A stretch of DNA of 64,000 nt, from positions 248,001-312,000 of the forward strand of contig CBFDEM010000038.1 of NCBI GenBank assembly GCA_965603825.1, given 5' to 3'. The DNA comes from Blepharisma stoltei ATCC 30299 (taxonomy: Eukaryota; Protista; Ciliophora). The notes beneath the pieces are model-generated. The model worked only from the letters and a program-made list of their open reading frames with translations. It was not told where the DNA came from and did no database searches. Position 1 is the stretch's first letter, and each line of letters starts with the position of its first letter. Of the stretch, positions 24,412 through 36,861 are shown piece after piece. The position numbers and the translations under genes were made by a program.

Positions 24412-26301
24412 TTATTTTTTATTTGGCTTCTTGCTCTTTGCCCACTCAGAAAATTGATTTTTTAGTGACATGATTTGATTGAACATAATTGCTGTTTCTC
24501 CATCAGTTCTAACTAAATCAGAATCCTGCACAGCATGCAAAATGGCTTCAATTATTTTCTTTGCTTTTATTGTTAAATCAAATTGCTCTATAGAAATAAT
24601 CGCAGAAGTAACGGAAGCTGCAATCATCTCCATTAATGATTCTAGCCGCTTTGTATCTTTATCAGTTATAAATCCTCCTTTTTTATTAATAAGCTGTATG
24701 ACTGCAATAATTTTCCCATTTCAATTTTTAATACAGCCCATTAATATGTTCTTAGCTTCTTGGGCTCCTCCTACATTATCAAGCTCAGGATTATAAGAAA
24801 AATTCATTTTTGGGTTTTCTATAACAGAAATATCGCCTCTTTCTATAACCTCTCCTGTAATTCCCATATTATATGGAAATCTCAATACTTGATCTCCATA
24901 ATATTCATCATTATTTGGATCATGGCACATAGTGAATAATTCTTTTAAATAATTATCCACAAACACAATCCCAGCACACTCAAAATCAAAATAAGACGGA
25001 AACACACTTCTAACCCTATTAGCAATATCTTTATGCGTTAATGAGCTCGATATTTTAGCTGCTAGTCCTGCAGTTTGTCTAGCATGTTTCTGCTCTAGAT
25101 TTTCTTGAGATTTTGCGATTATTCTATCTATTTGTAAGGACACCAAAATTGCAAGCGATTTTACCAAAATTTCGTCTACTGGGGAAAAGATTTTTTTGGT
25201 GTTTTTTGTGGTGTGTTTATCTTGGCATTGAATAACAAGAAAAAGATCTTTTCCTACTCGAACTGGAGCTGCAAGAGAATCCTGGTTTCTGATGGAAAAT
25301 TTTAATTCTTCCAGCTTTTTAAAAATTGGGTCTTCTTGATTGGCGTTTGGATGGGTGTGCACAAGGATCCAGTTATTGCCAACACGGGCTCTGCCTATGA
25401 AATCTGAAGACTGTCCAAATGATTTTGTGTACTCATCTTTTGCTTTGGAATTTGCGATAAAAATTGTGGCTTTCTCACATTTTATTAGCGATTTTGTAGA
25501 GCGTATAAGACCTTTGCAGATTTGCATTAGGTCTTCACACTTGGAAAGCTGAGCCATTGCATGACTAAGTCTGTCAAGCTTGCCCAGTGAAACTAAGTTG
25601 TTTTTAAGCCCATTTAGAGTAACTTTGCTAGCATCTAGGGTTACATTTAAATGCCTTTGATCCAGAATTGACTTATGAGAGCTTTTTTCGGTTGGCATCA
25701 TGCTCATAACTGACGAACTATCAGGTATTTCTGAATTTTCTGGCTTCTGGATGGCTTCTGATAGCATTCTTCTATATCTCTTCAATGTTGCACAAAGCTG
25801 CGAATTCTCTTTCTTTACTATCTCTGCCTCTTTTTTGGCAGCATCAATTTGCTTCTTATAAGTTTCCATTTCTCCATTCATTTCTGTCATTTGCTGCTTT
25901 AAATCAGTAATAAAAAGATCATGATAAAGTGCATGGACATCTCCATTTGTGGCGCCTTTTTCTTCCAGAAAATTTTTATTAAGCTTCTTATGATTTTCAA
26001 TCTGCTGTTCTAGGTCTTTTACCTGCTTTTCTAATAGCTCTATTCTCACTTTATCAGCTCTATGCTGTCTTTCCAGTTGGCTTATTTGTTGAATTAGACT
26101 GAATTTGTTCTCTACTTGGTTTCTTGGACTAGTTGCTTCAGTTGTGATCAGCTCGTAATTCTTTATTTTTGGCATAACATAAGCATTCATATCAGATCTG
26201 CTTGAAAATGAATATTCATGGCTAGGAGTGATTATTGGGGATAAACTTTTGGGCCTGTATCTGCTTTTTAATGGAGACTTGCCAGTAAGATTTTTGTTCA
26301 T
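24412..26301 (-). CDS. Coiled-coil plus tandem GAF-domain protein
   Basis: GAF motifs CEKATIFI..LAAPV..VIQCQDK..FSPVDE and GITGEV..YNPELDN..NILMGCIKN[W]NGKIIAVIQLINKKGG; TGA 24721. Confidence 0.8.
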
Positions 26302-26395
26302 TCTTTATTTGTTAAAATTCGAATGTAATATGATATTTATACAACAATGACAGCTAATTTTTTTATGAAATTAATTAGAAATATAGAGTTATATA

Positions 26396-27064
26396 TTAGC
26401 TACAATACGGAAATGTAAATCCTCCACATGCAAGCAGCACAATAAAGCCTATCACTAACACTATGATCCCAATAATAATCAAAGTGAGCTTAAAATTTTT
26501 GCACCACATATGTCTCTTGACCCTTGCAGACGTTTTTCTGAAATCAATAGCTTGGTCACTCATATATGCGGTTTTACTGACAAGCAGCTCAATTTTATCT
26601 CCTCTCTGTATGACTTTGTCAATATTCTCTATCATAACGTCTCTTGTCTTATCCAGTGTTTGCTTTACGATTTTTAGTTTGTCTGCGTTTGGGTCTGTAT
26701 TAAAATACTGCATCCTTTCCTTCATGGTGTCTTCGAACTGTTTATTGGCTGAAAACCCGATGGCTTTTTGGGCTTCTTCGCCGAATTGGGCATGAAACTT
26801 TTCTTTGAGATCAAATAAGAAAGTATAGGCTGTACGGTTTGAAAATGATGCATCAGTCATGCAGAGAAAGGTGAAGCCAGAGTCATTGTGGTAGTGGAAT
26901 ATGTACTTGTCTTCGTAGGAATAGGATATTGAGGAGTTTGGTTTGATTTTTTCAAGGATTTTAAGTGCCATCAGCTGAAAATTACCAGTTGCGAGGGAAA
27001 CTTCGACAAGAGGCGTTGGGTTGTTATCGTTTGCGACAAGAGCGTAGATTATTGATGATGACAT
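26396..27064 (-). CDS. VAMP7: Longin R-SNARE, VAMP7 family
   Basis: Longin domain (IIYALVA, YIFHY, FLCMTD), SNARE motif VMIENIDKVIQRGDKIELLV, C-terminal TM. Confidence 0.95.
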   Translation of the reverse strand: MSSSIIYALVANDNNPTPLVEVSLATGNFQLMALKILEKIKPNSSISYSYEDKYIFHYHNDSGFTFLCMTDASFSNRTAYTFLFDLKEKFHAQFGEEAQKAIGFSANKQFEDTMKERMQYFNTDPNADKLKIVKQTLDKTRDVMIENIDKVIQRGDKIELLVSKTAYMSDQAIDFRKTSARVKRHMWCKNFKLTLIIIGIIVLVIGFIVLLACGGFTFPYCS

Positions 27065-27360
27065 TTAATATTATTTCTTACAAGCTCATAAAATAATAAG
27101 CAAATTTGTCATAATCAAAATCAAAATTAAAGTTTTTAGCATAACTCCTTATCTAAAAATTAACCCAAAATTGACTCCAATTTTTTTAGCTTAAAACTTA
27201 ATTAAGATAATAATATTTTCAATTATAATATGGAAAAGGTTGTCTAACAATTATAAATTTTGATCTACCACATATTTCCCAAAATTAGTCTAAAAATAAA
27301 TATAGCATCATCTTCTTTTTATGACATTCTCAGCGTATTTTCCATTACTTTGCATTAACA

Positions 27361-28260
27361 ATGGAAATGACTATGCTTAAGGAAAATCTCTATATGTCTT
27401 CAGAGGATTCAAGGGACGACACAGTTAAAGTTAGTCTTCTCACGTTTTATTATACACAATTAGTTAGATTTCATGTTGCAAGAAGACCCACTCGATCATT
27501 TTTATTTTCAGATATACCAGAATTATATCGTCGCTCCTTCAAAGCTAATAGAGCGAACCGCAAGCACTCAACCCATAACTCAGCCTCCCTAATGCAAGCT
27601 CTATCTGATCCATTCAAACGGACAAGCTTGGATGACTTAAAACTTGTTTTAAATAGTCTAGATGATCAAGGATGGAAATTGAAAAACAAATTATGTAAAA
27701 TCTAATCAGACAGTGATGAAGAATATGAAATTGTTAGAAAAAACTTTTTATATTTATTTGCAATGCACCGACCTCAAGACGGCGCAAGACTACACAATGG
27801 AACTCATGAAGTGCATAAACTAAATGTTAAACAATTTTTCCTTGACTGCTCAATTTCTTCATTGCGAATGTTAGATGTAGCTATGTGCAATATACAAAAC
27901 CTTTCATGAGTAAATCTATATGATTTCACTAAATGTGTTGAAGAATTTCAAAAATTTATATTAGAATATTCAACAATTTTAGCTCAAGACCCAGTTTTTA
28001 GAGCCAATATTACAATGCAGCTGCTTTTGTGTAATTATAAATTAGTCTTCTTTCGCTTTGTAGATGTACGTAGGAGAAACTTACTAGACAAGTCAGAGCT
28101 TGATATAGTACTTAGCATGGCTTCCAAGAAAAAACGTGAAAAACAAAACTTCACTGACCTTGTAAATTTTACCTTCTCAAAAGTAGAAGAATTTACTGGA
28201 GAGCCAAAATTCGAAATCTCGTTTGAAGAATTCGAACAAGCCTTACATAGCTCCGAATAA
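27361..28260 (+). CDS. Hypothetical protein with degenerate EF-hand-like C-terminus
   Basis: Joined by introns 27695-27709 and 28031-28045 and one TGA; FRFVDVRRRNLLDKSEL..EISFEEF. Confidence 0.65.
27695..27709 (+). other. 15-nt intron
   Basis: gtaaaatctaatcag; removes an in-frame TAA. Confidence 0.8.
28031..28045 (+). other. 15-nt in-frame stopless intron
   Basis: gtaattataaattag matches the intron consensus. Confidence 0.6.
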
Positions 28261-28305
28261 GAATTGTATGCTATAATTCTATAAATTAATCTTAAATGCT
28301 CTGCC

Positions 28306-28836
28306 TTATAAGAGCACACAGCACGAATGTTGGTAAGCACCCACTTTTTTGTAGCTGTTGAGAAATTTCACTTGGTAATAATTTAGCGCCCCATGCCGAT
28401 GCTTCCTGATGAGACCCACAGCGCCATTTGGGTTCATGCCTGCTTCAATTAGGGCAATTGCTACTAATACAGGGGCTCTTCCAAGGCCAGCAAGGCAATG
28501 TATAGCAATGCATGGAGGCTTTTCTTGTAAAGGTTTTAGCTTTCTTTTTTCAAAAAAAGTATTCTTGACTAAGCTGAGCCATCTGAGAACGACTGCTTTA
28601 GGAGGGCTTGATCCATCAGTGAACTTGAATTCCTGTCTATGAGATACATGAATTTTGATTCCTTTTGACTCGAATATTCGGTCATCATACATGCCCTCAC
28701 ATGTCCTGACCAAATGAGCCACTCCTAGTCGTTCAAGATTATCTGCATAAGTTGCTGCATTTTCGTCGGAAGGCGCATCCATCACAACAAATTTTAGGTT
28801 TCCGCTCGAAATCAATGAAGGTCTGTTGCTGATCAT
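28306..28836 (-). CDS. PTP4A: PRL-type protein tyrosine phosphatase (PTP4A family), prenylated
   Basis: NRPSLI, MDAPS, HCLAGLGRAPVLVAIALIE, C-terminal CCVLL; intron 28633-28647. Confidence 0.92.
   Translation of the reverse strand: MISNRPSLISSGNLKFVVMDAPSDENAATYADNLERLGVAHLVRTCEGMYDDRIFESKGIKIHVSHRQEFKFTDGSSPPKAVVLRWLSLVKNTFFEKRKLKPLQEKPPCIAIHCLAGLGRAPVLVAIALIEAGMNPNGAVGLIRKHRHGALNYYQVKFLNSYKKVGAYQHSCCVLL
28633..28647 (-). other. 15-nt in-frame stopless intron (PRL)
   Basis: gtatctcatagacag; removal gives GIKIHEFKFTDG, the spacing of family motif GIxVxDWxFxDG. Confidence 0.75.
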
Positions 28837-28914
28837 TTTGTCATTTATTTATATTTGAAGTGAAATTTCAGTAAAAATTTGAATAATTTAAAAATTCAAT
28901 ATGGATTAAATTAA

Positions 28915-30216
28915 TTATACTTCTTTAACCGGTTTTGTATTAGATGGAGGATTTGTAAGAATCCCTATAACTATAAGTGTCTCTGCCAATAGACATACAT
29001 AAAGAACACACATCAGCCCATAAGGCGATTTATCTCCTCCAGTTAATTGGCAAACCAATCCATATAAGAAAGGGGCTGGTAAGTATCCAAACGTATTTGT
29101 TACCATCGACGCTATAGAATTTGCCAGTGCTTTCTTTTTCGATGGAACTGAACTTATCATGATGCCAGTTACTGCTGGCATCACCGCAGCCCCAAAAAAT
29201 AATACAAGTCATAGCATAGCTATAAACCCTGGGAAACTCGAAATAAAAGGCACAGGAATCGCACACAGGCACCCCATGAATCCAAAAGATGCGCATACGT
29301 AAATTGCATTTTTGCCACGATATCCTCCAGTTTTATGACAAACAGCTCCTCCAGTAACCACTCCCAGGGTAGGTCCTGTAATTGTAGTTATAGCATAAGT
29401 TGGGAAAACAAGACTTGGCTGCATTTCCATCACATTCAATAAATAATCGCTAGCCCAGAATTGGATTCCTGTGACGACGAAATACAGACAGGACACACAC
29501 ATCATTGATATCAAATAAATTCTATTATTGACTAGTGAAAATACTTTTAGAAGCCACCTGTGTCCTTTCTGATTGAAACTTGCATTTGCGTCAAAACTAG
29601 GCTCTCCTGTTAAATGATATTTGTCATAATTAATAAATCGGGAAGGTATAAATTGGATAAGAATAGCAAATGGTATAAATGCAGCTCCTTGGATATAAAA
29701 ACTTCATTTTCACTATCTATAAATTTACACACTTCAAAAGGTTTGGAAAACAGCCGTAATTGCATAGCCAAGTATTACTCCTAAAGCAACAGATAATTGA
29801 AGAAAAGTCAGCCAAAGAGTTTTCCATTGATCTGGGCCTAAAACATCAATCCATACAGGGAAGTATATGACAGGAAACACCTATTTAGAGATTACTTGGC
29901 CAAATCCTGATAAAAGCCTCATGGTATACAGCAGAAAATTATTTTGGGCCATAAGAGGAAATAATCCAACTGAGATTCCAGTCAATGCAATGGTAACTGA
30001 TAATATTTTTTTTGCTTTGAATCGGTGAAAAAAGAACCCAGCTATAAAACTACCAAGTGTAAGCCCTACATATACAAGTGATCCAATCGCGCCTAATTCG
30101 ACTTTTTGGAGATCAAAATCTGCTTGAATAGCTGTAGTTGCTGCAGGAATTGAGCCATGGTCCATGTTGATAAGGATATTCACAGCAAAGAATAGCATAA
30201 AGACAATAAATTCCAT
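28915..30216 (-). CDS. MFS transporter, spinster-like
   Basis: INMDHGSIPAA, [W]K[W]SFYIQ, VVTGIQFWASDY, GYLPAPFLYG; introns 29881-29895 and ~29713-29730; several TGA. Confidence 0.85.
29881..29895 (-). other. 15-nt intron (MFS)
   Basis: gtaatctctaaatag; removes an in-frame TAG. Confidence 0.85.
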
Positions 30217-30353
30217 ATTTTATATATTTTATAATTTAAAATTTTTGATTGAATTCTGACTGCTTGGAATTTGTATAAGTATAAGCAAAGCTTTTACTTA
30301 GACATATCTATAAATATATTGCATAGCAGTTTTAAGCTTAAAACATAATAAAA

Positions 30354-32438
30354 ATGGGAAACACTCTAGGAGATATGGTTAAACAAGAGTCCAAAGAGCT
30401 TCAATGAAATCTCTTGCAGTCTGACGCATTTTATTTAGAATTAACCAGCAATACTTTTCAAGACAGAACTCCCCAAGACATCTGCAAATCAGTCATAAAA
30501 AACAGCCAAAAAATAGAATGGATATGACAGATAATGCAAAAAATTACACAATCTTGAAATACACCAAACCTCGTCATAAACCTAATGTTGATGCTAAAGC
30601 ATTTCTTTTTGTTTGTATTTTCTGAAGGAATTCCTTATCAATTCCTATTTCATCACAGAGCTGAAAACCACGTGGAAAACCATGATTCATCATTCCATAG
30701 ACTAGTTCCTTGCCATCTTACCTATAAAGGAGAAGGTAGGACTATCTATATTAGTGTCCCTCAGTCCTTAACATATGAAAAGCAAAAAGAGCAAGCCTAC
30801 TTAATCGAAACAATTAAATCGAACTTTCCACAAGTAAATGACCATATAACGAGAACAAATGAGAGGATTTATATGGTGGATGATGATGGGAGGAATGCGG
30901 ACATTGATGACATCTATAGGCATTATAACGCAGAGTCAGCTGAAGATGTACTGAGTGACCCATTTAAAAGAAGCACAAAAATTTACTCAATTTTTAAAGC
31001 CAATATAAATACAACTGAATGTGACATGGATTCCCCTATGAGCATTTTCTTAAAAGAACTTATAGAAAACTTAGCAAATTCAGACACAGATAAAGAAATT
31101 CATAAAATGCAAACTGGGATAAATTTGCTTTTAATCCTTTTGTCAAGCCAGCTTTATTATGTTGAGAAACCAATCAGCAAATTAAGGTATTCTTCATTTA
31201 AACCTTCTCCTGTGATTGATATTCTTATGAATCAACCTATTGAAATCGGTCAGCAATTTATATGGAAACTGTTAGAAGTTACAATAAAATACTGAAAAAT
31301 TGAGATGCCTAAGTTAGGGTACCTTTCAGTATTATGAAATAACAACCTTAAGAAGCTGAGAATGGATGAAAGCGTATATGTAGCACCGAGGCAAGCTTTA
31401 TCTTTGTTTTTGTTTCTCCAAGGTTATTATCGTGCCAAAAATCCTTTCTCAATGAGAAATTGGGAAATTTCGTGAAACGAGATAGGCAGGCTGGTTTCTG
31501 AGTAAGGAATATTTAGACAAATAGAAAACTCAATGATTCTTTTATTGTTTTACAATTTATCGGCACACAATCCCAGCTTTCAAACCTATTTGCTTTCTCT
31601 TACAGAGCCTGAAAGATTTTTAGAGCCTATGGCATGCTATTTGTACTCAGCTCCTAAAGATTGTTTTCGACTTTATTTAACTTTAATTACAATACACAGA
31701 CTTGCAAATGACAGAAACTTCATCAAATTTATCAATAATGATGTGATTCTTCAGCAAATTCCTTGGCTTCAAGATTTTCATATAGACTCAATCAGCTTAG
31801 GATCATTGCTTTATCTAGGATTAATAAAAATTTATAGGGAAAATATCCGTGGCACAAAAGATGAATATTTGCATGTCATTTCCTCCTCATGCTTATTTTT
31901 TCTTGCTGAGTTTTCAGTGAATCTCCATGAAATTCCAAGCATGGAGCTGCTAAACATCATAAAAGCTCTGGTAGTAAAGCATAATAAACTAATTGCTGCT
32001 GAAACGCCAGCTTCTGAAATAGATGCAAACAAGGACCTTATATATCTCTCAATTGATATTTTGACCAAAATTTTGTTTTCGACTTATACAACAAATTCTT
32101 ATTTATTATACGCAATTCTCCACCATTCAGAGTTATTTACTAAGCTTAAAGAGTCAGATTTATTATCAACAAATATTGAAATTATCAATGAAATAATCAG
32201 CTACTTGTTGGCGCATATAGAAACCGAAAATATTATGGAAGGAATTAATACTTTTTGTAAGACCTTTAAATTTAGTAGGGCTCCTGAATATTTGATTTTC
32301 AAGGATATTACAAGCATTCAGTTCTTTGAAGAAGGGAGAAGATGGGAAGAATGCATAATCCCGTATCTTTGGGCTGAAACTGTGAATGGGCTAATTACTT
32401 TGCCAAATATGGAAAAGATATTGCTTTTTAAAGTATAA
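30354..32438 (+). CDS. DYM: Dymeclin/HID1-family Golgi protein (~689 aa)
   Basis: MG- start; NPSFQTYLLS, IPWL..ISLGSLL, RENIRGTKDEYLH, NSYLLYAIL, EE..WEECIIPYLW; several TGA and intron 31502-31516. Confidence 0.75.
31502..31516 (+). other. 15-nt intron
   Basis: gtaaggaatatttag; removes an in-frame TAA. Confidence 0.85.
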
Positions 32439-33387
32439 GTTAGTTTTAAATAAAAAGGACGAATTGGAAAATAGATTAAATTTCAGCTTCTTAGCAGTGA
32501 TTTTTTTATTAATTAAATAGCTGGATAAGAAAATTGTCAGTAAGAATTTTTATATTAGCCTATAACTTAGCCTACGAGTTCCAACATATTTTTTCGAGGG
32601 AGCAAGAAAGCCAATGTTCTCCTCTTGAAATAGTATAAAATCATGAGATTGCTACTTATCTTAACAATTTAAATAGTAGGCTGCCAATGAAAAGTGGACA
32701 TTTGTTTTGGGGAATGCTATATAGCAAAGAGATGATATCTCAGCTGATATTGAAAATGCTGACCAAATTGATTTTTGAAACTCTCTTAGTAGTGAACTTC
32801 CAATTTTTCCATTAGAGACCTGAGCGATCTTGAAGAAATCAATTTGCATTCATTCATACCATATAGTTTATATCAATTGAATGACTTGAGCCCTCTAAAG
32901 AAGTTTTTGCCCCGCATAACGCAAATGCGAAAAATTAATTAATTTGAGTTTGAATTAAAAAATATATTATGAAAATAAAACTTTTTTCAAGATTCTATTA
33001 ATAATTATAAATGCTTATGCTAATTAATAAATAGTGTTTTGATAATAAAATTGATATATGTAGATAGATCTATAAGTTTGCTGGCTCTTTTTATTGTAAT
33101 TCTTTCTAGGCCCATTTTTTAAGAAAATATCATAAGGAGATCTAAGAGCTTACTCAATAAAAATCTGATTGAATCTTAGAAGTCTTGCATGCATACTTCT
33201 AATTGTTTGAAATCTAAGGAACAAGTAAATTTCATACCTATATCACTCCAATACTTTAAAACCTCCTTATCATATAAATTAAAATTAAATTTCCTAATTA
33301 TCTAAATAATCCTAATATAAAAAGCGACCTCGAAAATGCGATTTATTCACCAGGCCATAAATTCATCCAGCTTTATACAAATAATTA

Positions 33388-33765
33388 ATGGAAATCAGTA
33401 TTCCAAACTTTAGAGAAGTGAAAGAAGGACCGAAAACTTATATTATCTACACGATTGAAGTGGCATTTGGAGGTTGGCAGAACACTTTAGAGAAAAGATA
33501 TTCAGAACTTTTAGAACTTCATCAGGTCATGAAGCTTATGAGAAGGGTTTTAAGCGCTCCGCTTCCTCATTTTCCCGGACAGCTGATATGGAAGCAAGTT
33601 TTCAAAAAATTAAAACCTGAAGAGGTCACCAAAAGAAAGGAAGACTTAGAACGATACTTGCAGGAACTCTCCAGAACTGACTGTGCGACAAATAGCCAGT
33701 ATTTTATGGAATTCATAGGTATGCCTCAACGAGTCAGAAGTGAATGGATAATTGGAACACACTAA
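33388..33765 (+). CDS. Stand-alone PX-domain protein (sorting-nexin-like)
   Basis: ISIP..YIIYTIEV..EKRYSELLELH..LPHFP..KRKEDLERYLQEL..FMEFI. Confidence 0.85.
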   Translation: MEISIPNFREVKEGPKTYIIYTIEVAFGGWQNTLEKRYSELLELHQVMKLMRRVLSAPLPHFPGQLIWKQVFKKLKPEEVTKRKEDLERYLQELSRTDCATNSQYFMEFIGMPQRVRSEWIIGTH

Positions 33766-34546
33766 GGTGAGTTGGGAATTATTTGTTCAGAACTCAAGGT
33801 ATAAAAGAATAACCATAACTATTTTTAGTAAGTGGGGCGTTTAGAGATAACTATTAAAATTAGTTAAATTCGGATATTGATAGAATGGAGAGCAGTCTAT
33901 ACTTTGAAAATAGGATGGGAAGTATTTGGAGTGAATTAGGGGCCATTGCTTGTGAATGAAATATTGGGAAAGATTTTAATCAGGATTTATGAGTGCGTTT
34001 CAGAATGCCATTTTATTGAGTTAATAAATTATATGAGATTATAAAGATGATTCATATTTGAAGAAAATTTTTGATATTTTGCAATTTTTATATGATTTTT
34101 AAAAAATATATATATTTTCTGAAATCTTAATAATCAACGTGCCAAAACTTCGTTGTCGATTTAGAATTGTCTATTATAAATATTAGTAATTTTTTAATAG
34201 AAAAAGAGAAATGAATATGAGATAAATATTTGATAAAAAAAGGAAAAAAGAGAAATTTATAGTCACACAAAGGGCCTTAATAGAAACGCTTTCTAAAATA
34301 TAATTGCAATATAAATTAGTTAACCTATGAAATTTTTCTTTATTTGAACAACATTTCAAAACTCTTATCCTTTGTGCGGATATAAGAAGAATATAATTTT
34401 TATAAATCATATTATTTTTTAATAAAAATGATTAAATTTCTTTAATTATCAAAAATGCATCAAAGTAGATACAAATATCTAATTGGAAAAAATGAATGGG
34501 TAAGCATATAATAATTAAAATGTAAATAGAAAGAATAATTAATAGT

Positions 34547-35881
34547 TTATGCACCGATTTTTTTATCCAAAAAGAAAGAAATTGTATCAGAAACTACTCC
34601 ATTTTTGGTTTCAAGTGCATGCAGTACATCGTCTTCTGTAATAATTCTTTTGCTAACCTTTTTGCATAAGCTGAATAATTTATTAAAATGTTCTTCTATA
34701 TTGACATCAATGCATAAATGCTTTAATGACTTTAAACGATGGACACTTCTTATTTGACTATCACAAACAATAAACAGGTCTTCTGGATCATCAACAAAAT
34801 CTTTAAGCTTATGCTGATTATTTTGCATATAAATTTCAGTTTTGATACACTCTTGTGTAGTAGCTCTTTGTTCTGAACCTATATTAAAGCTATTTTGTGT
34901 TTCATTATTATAGTATCGCTCTGAGTCACAGCTTGGCTCTTCTTTTTCTTTTTTTATTGCCACTTGTGCATTTTCACTATCTTGATTTATGTTAGTTTTT
35001 TTATTTGAAAAATCAATTTCATTTTCTTCTTTAGAATTTCCTACATCAAATAATATTTCAGGATTCACGCAGTGCTTTTTATATAATCTTAGATTGTTTT
35101 GGTGATATATTTTATCTAGAGGCTTACTAATTAAATTTCTTTGGCATTGGCTCAATAATTTCAGCGCCTTTTGGCCTTTTATTTGCCCTTCATTTTTTCT
35201 TTTTAATTGATTTTCTAGGAATATTGGTTTATTTGGTGTTTTTTCATTCTCACGTAAACAAGTTTTTTTCTTTGCTTCCAAGCCATCTAATGTATCTTCT
35301 CCTTCTGAGCTATCTGTTTCAAGAGGACTTTTGGATTGAATAGGAATTTTCGATGCATTTTGTGCAATCATAAACTCAGCTTTGATATTTTCATTCATAA
35401 TTAGTTCTGCAGCGACTTTTTCTTTTGCATTCATCACATATTTTCAATGGTATCTCAAGCTTTCACTGCTGTGTTTTACTCCTTCTTTCACAATTCCATC
35501 CCAAAATGATATAACCCCTGTGTTTCCAAACGTCCTCTTTACATAGTCAAGCATTTTTTCTTCATCCTCTATAGTGTATCTAGAGCGCTTAGCAGCTTTG
35601 GGTTCTTCTCTTTTTAGCTCGTATTTACTTAAATCCAATAGTCTTTTAGCTTTAATTGAATCATAGATGAACTTATAAGAATATACTTTGTATTTTTGGG
35701 TACACACAGAAGTGTGCCCAGGCTCATAGGGTAAAAGACATATAGAATATTCCTTGCGTTTTGTAAATAGAACTCCTCCGTATTTGAAGATAATTTTTTT
35801 AAGAGCATTTCTTTCTGGGCATGGAATCATAGAAAATACAAGTTTCTGATTCCCCTTACCTTTGAAGATTTTATAAGTCAT
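34547..35881 (-). CDS. BRCT + Rap1-type Myb + partial RCT protein; candidate Rap1/TERF2IP homologue (~444 aa)
   Basis: BRCT: LKKIIFKYGGVL..YKFIYDSIKAKRLLDLSKYEL; Myb: RSRYTIEDEEKMLDYV..FWDGIV..HSSESLRYH[W]KYV; C-terminus EDDVLHALETKNGVVSDTISFF; TGA 35444-35446 joins the two ORFs. Confidence 0.65.
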
Positions 35882-36097
35882 TTTCAAATTTATAATTATG
35901 TAGGCAATAGAGAAAAATGGGCTTATTTTTATATTAGAATAAATGCAATTTTCATATAGATGGATTCATTAAAAATAAGTAAAATAATTGCCTCAATGAT
36001 GATATTTTTGTTTTTTGAGATTGAAAGCACAGCTAACAATGAAATTAAGCTTATTTATTCAAAATGAAATTTAATAGAAATTAGGATAATATTTTTT

Positions 36098-36196
36098 GCA
36101 ATTTTTGAGGAGTTCAGTCTTCAAATTTATTTATCTGCAAAACTATGGCAATTTTTGAAGAGTTCATCTTCGATTTTATTTATCTGCAATACTATG
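36098..36196. repeat. Two-copy ~50-bp direct tandem repeat
   Basis: gcaatttttgaggagttcagtcttcaaatttatttatctgcaaaactatg followed by gcaatttttgaagagttcatcttcgattttatttatctgcaatactatg. Confidence 0.9.
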
Positions 36197-36240
36197 AGAA
36201 ATATGGACAAATCAAATTTTCCCTCCATTCTAATATATAA

Positions 36241-36861
36241 ATGATAGGATGCTTATTTTTATTTTTGACTATTGTCACAAGTCAAACTTTAGTCGAAAAC
36301 TTATATAAAAAAATTGAAAGAACTAAAGGACAAATTACGATTGAGGCGGGCGCAGCTGTAGTCCACTTAAGTGATGATGAACTTGAATTTTTGCTTTATA
36401 ACTCAGACTCAGATTGGTTTATCATGTTTTATGACTCACTAGAGACCGATTCGTTTACAGTGAATAATACATGGAATATGGCAGCAAGGTACATAAAGCA
36501 TGAAGGCTATAATGTGACATTAGGAAAAATTGATATCCGCGATCAAAGAAAAAATTTTATACGTTTAAGGCTTTCTAAATATCCTTGCGCAATCTATCTT
36601 GCTGAAGAGCATTACTATCAATTAGAACTTGAGTTTCAGATGGATGAAATTTTATCTGTAATCAGAAATAAAACATATTTAGCATATCCTAAAAAAGAAT
36701 TGCCACTGTCTACTCGTGGCATTTTTGGATTGTTGTCTTATTTTCGTGTTGGATACTTTATCGCTGGATTTATTTTTATAGTGGCTTTGACATTAGGAAT
36801 TTCAAAGCTTATTAGGATGAAAAAGAAATATAAGGCAACGATTATCAAGAAAAATAATTAA
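36241..36861 (+). CDS. TMX-like thioredoxin-fold membrane protein lacking CxxC
   Basis: Signal peptide, WFIMFY, LGKIDI, YP, C-terminal TM and KKxx tail; DSLETDS replaces the WCxxC site. Confidence 0.7.
   Translation: MIGCLFLFLTIVTSQTLVENLYKKIERTKGQITIEAGAAVVHLSDDELEFLLYNSDSDWFIMFYDSLETDSFTVNNTWNMAARYIKHEGYNVTLGKIDIRDQRKNFIRLRLSKYPCAIYLAEEHYYQLELEFQMDEILSVIRNKTYLAYPKKELPLSTRGIFGLLSYFRVGYFIAGFIFIVALTLGISKLIRMKKKYKATIIKKNN

Noticed and set aside
32560-32920. Gene or structured ncRNA downstream of dymeclin
   Set aside because: Only short ORFs in several frames, no consensus intron to join them, and only a weak hairpin with no recognisable RNA family motif
34183-34410. Short AT-rich hydrophobic ORFs (also 47091-47288 and 15280-15534)
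   Set aside because: Intergenic base composition and no motifs; likely spurious
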